Position numbers and translations under genes: made by a program | Part shown: piece by piece, positions 57,382 through 64,000 of the stretch | How positions within the stretch are numbered: position 1 is the stretch's first letter | How the letters are laid out: the number at the start of each line of letters is the position of its first letter | Assembly: GCA_032124015.1 (NCBI GenBank) | Contig: JAQBEH010000020.1 | Location: 8,965 to 72,964, forward strand | DNA from: Acidobacteriota bacterium | GTDB lineage: Bacteria > Acidobacteriota > Polarisedimenticolia > Polarisedimenticolales > DASRJG01 | Direction: 5' to 3' | DNA length: 64,000 bases | The notes under the pieces: model-generated | Databases searched by the model: none | The model's input: only the letters and a program-made list of their open reading frames with translations | Told to the model about the DNA's origin: nothing

Positions 57382-57396
57382 GCGCGGGGGGCCACC

Positions 57397-57405
57397 TGTT
57401 ATACT
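57397..57405 (+). promoter_or_regulatory. Extended -10 promoter candidate for the sigma factor gene
   Basis: TGtTATACT (TG 57397-57398, TATACT 57400-57405), 22 nt upstream of ATG 57428. Confidence 0.35.
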
Positions 57406-57427
57406 CACTCAGCGACCCGGGGAATTG

Positions 57428-58285
57428 ATGGAAGACGAACGAGTACAGGCCCGCGGCGGCGGCTCGGAATCCCTCAAGAAGTATCTCAAGGAGATCTCGC
57501 GGCTGAGCCGGATCACAGCCGAGGAAGAGCGTGTGCTCGGGCGCAAGATCCAAAAGGGCGATCAAAAGGCCCTTCGCCGCCTGGTCGAGGCCAACCTCCG
57601 TTTCGTCGTCTCCTACGCCAAACGCTACCGCGGATGCGGGATGTCGTTCCTCGACTTGATCAACGAGGGAAACATCGGCCTCATCGAGGCCGCCAAGCGG
57701 TATGACGCCGGCAAGAACGTCAAGTTCATCACCTACGCCGTATGGTGGGTCCGGCAGGCGATCATTCACGCGCTGTCCGACCAGAGCGGGGCGTTCCGTC
57801 TGCCGCAAAAACAGGCGAACCTCCTATACCGCATCGGCAAGGCGCAGTCGATGCTCCGCAATGAGTTGGAGCGCGCCCCGACCGCTCAGGAAGTCGCGAC
57901 GCGAATCGAGGCCACGCTCGAAGAGGTGACCACGCTCTTACAGGTCGCCAACGACAACGTCTCGCTCTCGGCGGTCATCGACGAAGAGCACGAGTTCCAC
58001 CTGTCGGACAAGCTCGAGCAGGACACGATTCCCGCGGCTGATTTCGTCTTTCTCCGACAGTCCCTGCGCCGCCACGTTCGGCAGGCGCTCGGCGAACTGG
58101 TCGAGAAGGAAGAGATGGTCCTACGGCTGCGGTTCGGCCTGGACGGAGCCGATCCGAAGACGCTCAAGGAAATCGGTGAGATGATGAATCTCTCGCGGGA
58201 GCGCATCCGCCAGATCGAAGCCCAGGCCCTCGAGAAATTGAACCGTTCACAGAAATGCCAACAGCTCCGGGGCTACCTCAACTGA
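57428..58285 (+). CDS. Sigma-70 family RNA polymerase sigma factor (RpoD/RpoS-like group, no region 1.1)
   Basis: LVEANLRFVVSYAKRY; DLINEGNIGLIEAAKRYD; FITYAVWWVRQAIIHAL (region 2); KTLKEIGEMMNLSRERIRQIEAQALEKL (region 4.2). No RpoH box was seen. Confidence 0.85.
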   Translation: MEDERVQARGGGSESLKKYLKEISRLSRITAEEERVLGRKIQKGDQKALRRLVEANLRFVVSYAKRYRGCGMSFLDLINEGNIGLIEAAKRYDAGKNVKFITYAVWWVRQAIIHALSDQSGAFRLPQKQANLLYRIGKAQSMLRNELERAPTAQEVATRIEATLEEVTTLLQVANDNVSLSAVIDEEHEFHLSDKLEQDTIPAADFVFLRQSLRRHVRQALGELVEKEEMVLRLRFGLDGADPKTLKEIGEMMNLSRERIRQIEAQALEKLNRSQKCQQLRGYLN

Positions 58286-58314
58286 GCGACGCTTTTAGGA
58301 GCGAGGCCAGCGTC

Positions 58315-59052
58315 ATGAGCGAGCCCTGTCCGAAATGCGGTGGGACCGGATTCGAAGTCAAAGACGGCGCCGAAGGCGTGGCGGTTTCCGTTCGCTGCCC
58401 GTGCAGCGTCAGGGACCGCACCGACCGCATCCTCCGCGCCGCGCGGATCCCGCGCCGCTACGAGCACTGCTCGTTCGACAACTTCGAAGTCTGGCAACCG
58501 ACTCTGGAGCCCGCGTTGGCTTGGGCCAGGGATTGGTTCGAGCGTTGGCCTCTTCAGGTCGATGTCGGGTTGCTGTTCGTCGGGCCCCCGGGCACCGGAA
58601 AGACCCACCTTGCCGTCGGCCTGCTCCGTGAGTTGGCGTCGCGCAAGGGAGCGAAGATCGTGTTCGCCGAGCAGCGTCAGCTCCTCAAGGACCTGCAGTC
58701 GACCTTCGACGGGGGCGCCGGTCGCAACGAGTCCGACGTCCTCGCCCCCGTCCTCGAGGCGGAGGTCCTCCTGCTCGACGATCTCGGGGCCGGACGGACG
58801 ACGGCCTGGGCCCAGGACGTCATGCACGACGTGCTCGCGCACCGCTACAACCGCAAGCTCCCTACGGTCATGACCAGCAACCGTGCGACCGGGGACGATG
58901 ACGACGGCACGGCGGCGCCATCGGACGCCCCGACGCTGCGGGATCGTCTCGGGGACGCTTTGATGTCCCGGATCTACGAAATGTGTCGCGTCATCCCGGT
59001 TACGGGCGAGGATTTCCGGAGACGCGTCCTTCACGCGCGACACCGCTTCTGA
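58315..59052 (+). CDS. DnaC/DnaI/IstB-like AAA+ ATPase with N-terminal Cys-rich zinc-ribbon (putative helicase loader)
   Basis: CPKCGGTGF...RCPCS; GLLFVGPPGTGKTHLAVGL (Walker A); VLLLDDLGAGR (Walker B); PTVMTSN. Confidence 0.7.
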   Translation: MSEPCPKCGGTGFEVKDGAEGVAVSVRCPCSVRDRTDRILRAARIPRRYEHCSFDNFEVWQPTLEPALAWARDWFERWPLQVDVGLLFVGPPGTGKTHLAVGLLRELASRKGAKIVFAEQRQLLKDLQSTFDGGAGRNESDVLAPVLEAEVLLLDDLGAGRTTAWAQDVMHDVLAHRYNRKLPTVMTSNRATGDDDDGTAAPSDAPTLRDRLGDALMSRIYEMCRVIPVTGEDFRRRVLHARHRF

Positions 59053-59063
59053 CATCGCGAGGG

Positions 59064-59864
59064 ATGAAAAACGTCATGCCGAAAAACGAAGCCAACGTTC
59101 TCTACACGGTGACCGATCGGGTCGCCTGGATCACGGTCAACCGCCCGGACTCCCTGAACGCGTTGAACCGCGCAACGGTCGCCGCGATCGCGCAGACCGC
59201 CGCTCGCGCCGTTTCCGATCCGGACGTCGGGGTGATCGTCGTGACGGGGGCGGGAGACAAGGCGTTCGTGGCGGGAGCCGACATCACGGAAATGGCGAGC
59301 CTCGACCCTCTCGGCGCGCAGAGGTTCGCTCACGAGCTTTGCGCCAGTTTCGGACTCCTCGAATCCTCGCCCAAGCCGGTGATCGCAGCGATCAACGGAT
59401 TCGCGTTGGGAGGCGGCTGCGAACTGGCCCTGGCGTGCCACGTGAGAATCGCATCCGAAACCGCGAAATTCGGACAGCCCGAAGTCGGACTCGGACTCAT
59501 ACCGGGGGCGGGGGGCACTCAGAGACTTCAGCGTCTGATCGGCCGAGGCCGTGCGTTGGATCTGATCCTGACCGGCGACATGATCGACGCCGCCGAAGCG
59601 CTGCGCATCGGCCTCATCGAGCGCCTGGCGCCGGCGGCCACGCTGCACGACTTCGTGACGGCCTACGCGGCCAAGCTCCTCAGCAAAAGCCCCTTGGCCC
59701 AAGCGCGTGCGCTCGACGCGGTGATTGCCGGCGGCGAAACGGCTCTTCCTGAGGCTCTGCGGCTCGAAGCGTCGTTGTTCGGCCTCTGCTTTTCGAGCGA
59801 CGACATGCGCGAGGGAACGCGGGCCTTCATCGAGAAGCGAAAGCCCCGATTCCCCGGCCGATAG
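59064..59864 (+). CDS. Enoyl-CoA hydratase/isomerase (crotonase) family protein
   Basis: VAWITVNRPDSLNAL; VVTGAGDKAFVAGADI; AAINGFALGGGCELALACH; FGQPEVGLGLIPGAGGTQRL. Confidence 0.85.
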   Translation: MKNVMPKNEANVLYTVTDRVAWITVNRPDSLNALNRATVAAIAQTAARAVSDPDVGVIVVTGAGDKAFVAGADITEMASLDPLGAQRFAHELCASFGLLESSPKPVIAAINGFALGGGCELALACHVRIASETAKFGQPEVGLGLIPGAGGTQRLQRLIGRGRALDLILTGDMIDAAEALRIGLIERLAPAATLHDFVTAYAAKLLSKSPLAQARALDAVIAGGETALPEALRLEASLFGLCFSSDDMREGTRAFIEKRKPRFPGR

Positions 59865-59869
59865 GCGCC

Positions 59870-61813
59870 ATGTTTCGCATCCGCCTATTTCGGATCCTCC
59901 TCCCCATCGTTTTGCTCGGGTTCGTCGCTCTGATCGCGTTCACCCTGCAATCGCGCCCTCAGCGCCCCCCCGTCACAGCGGATCCGTCGGCCGATCCGGC
60001 GGCGCGCATGGAGGGATTTCGCTTCAGTGACTTCGTTCAAGGGCGCCGCCGGCTCCTGGTTCAGGCCAAGGTCGGCCGCGTCGATGACCAGGGCGCGTTC
60101 GAGGTCGAGGAGGTCGAGCGGTTCGAGATCGACCGAGAAGGCCAGGCTCCTCTTCTGCTGACCGCAACGCGCGGGGCGGGTTCCGGTGTTCAGGGGAAAA
60201 GGGTCGTACGACTCGAAGGAGGTGTCACGCTCCGAGACGCCGATGCCGGCTTCGACCTCGAGATTCCGACCGTCGAGATCGACCAGGTCCTTGGCGTCGT
60301 CCGGTCGCTCGGCCCCGTGCGACTGAAGCACGAGACGTGGACGGGAGCGGCGGCGGCGGTGGTGTATGGATTGAACGGACAACCCACCGAGGTCCTGAAC
60401 CTCACGCTCGACGGCCCCGAAGGAGGGCACCTCGCAGCCCGCCGGGGCGTGATCCCGAAGGGGTCGAGAATTCTGACGCTCACGGGGGAGGTCGACGCAT
60501 CGCAAGGAGGGATGGCGCTTCACGCCGACAAGGTCGTCGTTCTCCGGCGGCCGGGTGGAAGGCTCGACAGCGTGACCGCCACGCCGGCGGTCACCGGAAC
60601 GGCGTCGGGGCTCGGCGGTGGACTGGCCGGTTTCGTGGCGCGTGAGGTTCGTGCGCATTGGGATGAGCACGGCAAGGTGGTTGACGTCAATCTCTCGGGG
60701 GACGCCCGCGTTCGGCACGCGCGAGGAACGATTGCGGCCGACCGGATCGAGGCGAAGTCCCTCGGCGCTTCGGGGACGATCGCTTTTCTGGCGGCGGGGC
60801 ACGTCGTGGCCTCGGGCCCCACGGCGCATGGCATCGGACAACTTTCATGCGATGCGCTCGAGGCGAGCCTCGATGCGACGGGCACCGTGAGCGACGGTCT
60901 CGCACGCGGCGACGTTCGCTTCGAGGGGGAGGGGACCGCGGGCGAGGCGGCCGAGGCTCGTATTTCGTCGCTTGCGGCAAACGGGACGGTGACGTTGCGC
61001 TCGTCCGCGACACTGAGGGCCCGCCTTGCGAGCGGGAAGATCCGGGTGGTCGCCGATACGATCGTGAGCGACCTGCGCGGCATCAAACTGGTGGCCGACG
61101 GCCGAGTCGAGTCGACGATGCTCCCCGCGACGGGAACCTCACGTCGCCAGACCTCGCCGATGTTCGCCACGAGCGAGGCCATTCATTTCGTCTCCTCATC
61201 GCTCGACAGCCAGAACTCGGGGAAGCGCCTGCTCCTCCGCGGCGATGTCCGAGGGTGGCAGGGTGAGCGCACGCTGGCCGCGGATGAGATCGAGATGATC
61301 GAGGAGGGCGAGGTGCTGAACGCGACGGGCCACGTCGCCACGCGCATGCCGCGTGAAGCGGCGCGCGCCGCGACCGACGCCGACTACGTACAAATCGGCG
61401 CCGAGCGTCTCGCGTACCGCGGCAAGGCGCACACCGCGGAGTACGAGGGCAACGTCCGCGTGCGGCAGGCCGAAGGGTGGCTGCAGGCGCCGCGCCTCGT
61501 CGCGACCCTCGCCGAAGGGGGTCCGGGTTTGCGCGAGGTCCAGGCCCTAGAAGGGGTTCGCTTCGAGTACCGCACGCCGAGCGATCAAGGCGTACCGACG
61601 ACGGCCACGGGGGCTGGCGATCGCGCCGTTTACGACACGGTGGCGCGAGTGCTCCGCGTCTTCGGCGACACCTCGCCCGCGACAGTTCGCAGCAGCGGAC
61701 CGAAGGGCGGAGTCACGATCGGTCGGGTGTTACGCTACGACGTGGAGTCGGGTGCTTTGGAAGTGGAATCGGGCGAGCGCGACCGCGCAACGATTCAGAC
61801 GCCGAGCAAATGA
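59870..61813 (+). CDS. LptC-like N-terminal anchor fused to multiple LptA/OstA-like beta-jellyroll modules (647 aa)
   Basis: [21 protein letters not shown] is followed by an LptC-like segment. Repeated OstA-type blocks follow ([19 protein letters not shown]; [19 protein letters not shown]; [19 protein letters not shown]; [19 protein letters not shown]; [18 protein letters not shown]). The gene sits directly upstream of lptB-rpoN with no separate lptA ORF. Confidence 0.7.
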   Translation: MFRIRLFRILLPIVLLGFVALIAFTLQSRPQRPPVTADPSADPAARMEGFRFSDFVQGRRRLLVQAKVGRVDDQGAFEVEEVERFEIDREGQAPLLLTATRGAGSGVQGKRVVRLEGGVTLRDADAGFDLEIPTVEIDQVLGVVRSLGPVRLKHETWTGAAAAVVYGLNGQPTEVLNLTLDGPEGGHLAARRGVIPKGSRILTLTGEVDASQGGMALHADKVVVLRRPGGRLDSVTATPAVTGTASGLGGGLAGFVAREVRAHWDEHGKVVDVNLSGDARVRHARGTIAADRIEAKSLGASGTIAFLAAGHVVASGPTAHGIGQLSCDALEASLDATGTVSDGLARGDVRFEGEGTAGEAAEARISSLAANGTVTLRSSATLRARLASGKIRVVADTIVSDLRGIKLVADGRVESTMLPATGTSRRQTSPMFATSEAIHFVSSSLDSQNSGKRLLLRGDVRGWQGERTLAADEIEMIEEGEVLNATGHVATRMPREAARAATDADYVQIGAERLAYRGKAHTAEYEGNVRVRQAEGWLQAPRLVATLAEGGPGLREVQALEGVRFEYRTPSDQGVPTTATGAGDRAVYDTVARVLRVFGDTSPATVRSSGPKGGVTIGRVLRYDVESGALEVESGERDRATIQTPSK

Positions 61814-62583
61814 GGCGGATCATGGACGACAACAGCGTGGAGATCCGGCCGGCGGCAACGTCAGGTCTCGTCGGAGAGGCCCTGACCAAGGCCTACGGCG
61901 GGCGCCGGGTCGTCGAGGACGTGTCGGTGAGCATCGGCCCCGGCGAGATCGTGGGCCTCCTCGGGCCCAACGGTGCGGGGAAGACGACCTCGTTCTACCT
62001 CATGCTCGGTCTCGTGCCGGTCGACCGGGGGCGCGTCGTTTTGGACGGTCGCGACATCACCGCGTATCCCATGTATTTGCGCGCGCGCGAGGGCATCGGC
62101 TACCTCCCTCAGGAAGCCTCGGTTTTCCGGCGGCTGAACGTCGAGGACAACCTGCTCGCCGTCCTCGAATTGAACGGAACCGACGCCGACACCGCCCACG
62201 AACGGGCGCGGGGGCTGCTTGCGGAGTTCGGCCTCGAGCACGTGGCGCGCACGCCCGGCTACGCGCTGTCGGGCGGCGAGAGACGCCGCGTCGAGATTGC
62301 GCGATCCCTTGCCCTGAACCCCCGGTACATGATGCTCGACGAGCCGTTTGCCGGAATCGACCCGATCGCTGTGGGGGAATTGCAGCGTGCCGTGATCGGC
62401 CTCAAGGCGCGCGGTCTCGGGGTCCTGATTACCGACCATAACGTGCGGGAAACTTTGCAGATCGTGGATCGCGCCTATATTATCAGCCAGGGCCGTATCT
62501 TCCGACACGGAACGCCCTCGGAACTAGCCGACGACGCCGAGGTGCGGCGTGTGTACTTGGGCGAAAATTTCCGGTTGAGCTGA
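61810..62583 (+). CDS. lptB: LPS export ABC transporter ATP-binding protein LptB
   Basis: [17 protein letters not shown]; [20 protein letters not shown]; [16 protein letters not shown]; [12 protein letters not shown]; [15 protein letters not shown] 61810 overlaps the upstream stop; ATG 61822 is an alternative. Confidence 0.9.
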   Translation: MRRIMDDNSVEIRPAATSGLVGEALTKAYGGRRVVEDVSVSIGPGEIVGLLGPNGAGKTTSFYLMLGLVPVDRGRVVLDGRDITAYPMYLRAREGIGYLPQEASVFRRLNVEDNLLAVLELNGTDADTAHERARGLLAEFGLEHVARTPGYALSGGERRRVEIARSLALNPRYMMLDEPFAGIDPIAVGELQRAVIGLKARGLGVLITDHNVRETLQIVDRAYIISQGRIFRHGTPSELADDAEVRRVYLGENFRLS

Positions 62584-62617
62584 TGCCCGGTCCCTAGAGC
62601 GGAGCGCAGCGAACCCG

Positions 62618-64000
62618 ATGGCCCTCGAGCAAAGACTTAGCGTCCGCATGAGCCAGCGGCTCATCATGACGCCGTCGCTCCAGCAGGCCATCAAGCTCCT
62701 CCAGATGTCCAAGCTCGAGTTGGTCGACGAGATCCAGCAGGAGCTCAACGAGAACCCCGTTCTCGAGGAGGCCCTCGAGGAAGGTCCGGCCGCCGAGCGG
62801 ACCGAAAACGAGCCCACCCCCGCGGAGGCGGCGGGGAAAGCGGAGACTGCGGACGCGGAGACCTCGGAAGCGGAGACCGTCGATCCGTTCGAGCACATCG
62901 ACTACGAGTCGTACTTCCAGGATGTCGAAGGAACATACGTTCCCCGCACGCCGATCGAAACGGGGGAGGCCCTGCCGTCCTTCGAGAATACGCTCGCCGA
63001 GAAACAGGACTTGGCGGGACATCTCATCTGGCAGCTCGACATGAGCGCCTCGACCGACCGGGACAAAGAGATCGGGCGGGCGATCATCGGCAACCTGAAC
63101 GAGGACGGCTACCTTAGAGCCAGCGTCCCCGAGCTTCAGGAGATGGGCGGATACTCCCCCGAAGAGATCCGGTCCACCCTGGAGATGATCCAAGGATTCG
63201 ATCCCGTGGGCGTTGCCTGCTACGACTTGATCGAATGCCTGACGGTTCAACTCCGGCACCTCGGCGAGGAAGGCAGCGCCGCGGAGACGATCGTCAAGTT
63301 CCACATGGACAAGCTCCAGAACCGGCGCTACAAAGAGCTTGCCGAGGACTTGGGCCTCCCGATGGACGATCTCCACGCCGAAATCGAGATCATCAAGGGA
63401 CTCGATCCGCGGCCCGGGCAAAAGTACAACGTTGAGAGCTCTCGCTACGTCGTTCCCGACGTCTACATCGTGAAGATCGACGACGACTATCAGGTCATGC
63501 TCAACGAGGAGGGCCTCCCGCGACTGAGGATCTCTCCCGTCTACCGGAAGATGATCGAGCGCGGAGGCGGCGGCAACGCACCGGCCGACGCCAAGGAGTA
63601 CGTCCGCAACAAGCTCCGATCGGCGTTCCGGTTGATCAAGAGTCTCGAGGAGCGCCAGCGCACGATCTACAAGGTCGCGGTTTCGATCGTCAAGCACCAG
63701 CGGGAATTCCTGGACTACGGCATCGAGCGCATGCGCCCTCTCGTCCTGAAAGACGTCGCGGACGACATCGGGATGCATGAGAGCACGGTGAGCCGCGTCG
63801 TCAACAACAAGTACATGCACACGCACCGCGGCCTCTTCGAGCTGCGATTTTTCTTCCACAGCGGAATTGCCTCCGTGCACGGGGGAGAAAACGTCTCCTC
63901 GCTCACCGTCAAAGAACGCATCCGCAAGATCGTCTCCGCCGAGGACGGCAGGCGTCCCCTTTCGGACGCCGCGATCGTCAAGGTGCTGCTCGGAGAAGGA
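62618..64000 (+). CDS. rpoN: RNA polymerase sigma-54 factor RpoN (3-prime end outside window)
   Basis: Hand-translated from ATG 62618; absent from the ORF track because no stop occurs before the window edge. MALEQRLSVRMSQRLIMTPSLQQAIKLLQMSKLELVDEIQQELNENPVLEE (region I), then an acidic linker. Later ...MHESTVSRVVNNKYMHTHRGLFELRFFF (HTH region). The frame is open to 64000. Confidence 0.95.
   Translation, partial: MALEQRLSVRMSQRLIMTPSLQQAIKLLQMSKLELVDEIQQELNENPVLEEALEEGPAAERTENEPTPAEAAGKAETADAETSEAETVDPFEHIDYESYFQDVEGTYVPRTPIETGEALPSFENTLAEKQDLAGHLIWQLDMSASTDRDKEIGRAIIGNLNEDGYLRASVPELQEMGGYSPEEIRSTLEMIQGFDPVGVACYDLIECLTVQLRHLGEEGSAAETIVKFHMDKLQNRRYKELAEDLGLPMDDLHAEIEIIKGLDPRPGQKYNVESSRYVVPDVYIVKIDDDYQVMLNEEGLPRLRISPVYRKMIERGGGGNAPADAKEYVRNKLRSAFRLIKSLEERQRTIYKVAVSIVKHQREFLDYGIERMRPLVLKDVADDIGMHESTVSRVVNNKYMHTHRGLFELRFFFHSGIASVHGGENVSSLTVKERIRKIVSAEDGRRPLSDAAIVKVLLGEG

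Noticed and set aside
58315-59052. IstB-like ATPase as part of an IS21 element
   Set aside because: There is no IstA transposase ORF and there are no inverted repeats nearby. The flanks are sigma factor and crotonase genes.
62790-62880. Short DNA repeats (gcggagac x3) in rpoN
   Set aside because: They encode the acidic, low-complexity linker (AETADAETSEAET) typical of sigma-54 region II. This is not a regulatory repeat.
62594-63880. 428-aa minus-strand ORF in the track covering the end of the window
   Set aside because: It is antisense to an unmistakable rpoN reading frame (region I and HTH motifs read on the + strand). Its own product has no recognisable motifs. It is a typical high-GC antisense artefact.

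Overview
High-GC (roughly two-thirds G+C by eye) chromosomal segment from a diderm bacterium. It is densely packed, mostly on the + strand, and dominated by housekeeping genes. All calls rest on motif recognition in the supplied translations and on manual reading of the DNA; no searches were run.

Gene content, left to right:
- RlmI-like rRNA methyltransferase (5-prime truncated by the window edge)
- a giant TamB-like::POTRA::Omp85 fusion ORF
- a stand-alone sigma-70 region 3.2-4 mini-gene
- mutL, a lytic transglycosylase, and a DUF4388/J-like/TPR protein
- yceD-rpmF-fabH-fabD-fabG-acpP-fabF-etfB-etfA
- an archaeal-type (type II) GAPDH-like gene
- a permease-less regulatory PTS block: hprK-rapZ-EIIA(Man)-ptsH-ptsI-cupin-MerR
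- tRNA-Pro(GGG) followed by a small accessory-looking islet (orphan protein plus ParE-type toxin-antitoxin pair)
- an FGE-family enzyme and a fused membrane/spermidine-synthase-like protein
- sdhCAB
- a GT39 glycosyltransferase, an LCAT-like lipase, and an ABC/FtsX/LolA-like set
- asnA, surE-pcm, tRNA-Pro(CGG), apt, tRNA-Arg(CCT), ssb, murJ-dtd-xerD, accA, mazG
- DUF1844, a TPR/zinc-ribbon membrane protein, and a DUF4388::GspG-like protein
- dnaK-hsp20-sigma, a DnaC/DnaI-like loader, and an enoyl-CoA hydratase
- a long LptC/LptA-like fusion, lptB, and rpoN (3-prime truncated; absent from the ORF track because it runs off the window)

No rRNA, CRISPR array, transposase or integrase-bearing mobile element was seen.

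Observations most worth a second look:
1. Two trans-envelope bridge machines are each encoded as one polypeptide: TamB fused to an Omp85 barrel, and LptC fused to multiple LptA-like modules.
2. The sigma region 3.2-4-only mini-protein has lower GC and a structured leader.
3. There are two DUF4388 proteins with unusual partner domains: an HPD-less J-like domain plus TPR, and a TM helix plus GspG-like pseudopilin domain.
4. The type II GAPDH-like gene has lower GC than its neighbours.

Many long antisense or alternate-frame ORFs in the track are high-GC artefacts and were rejected.
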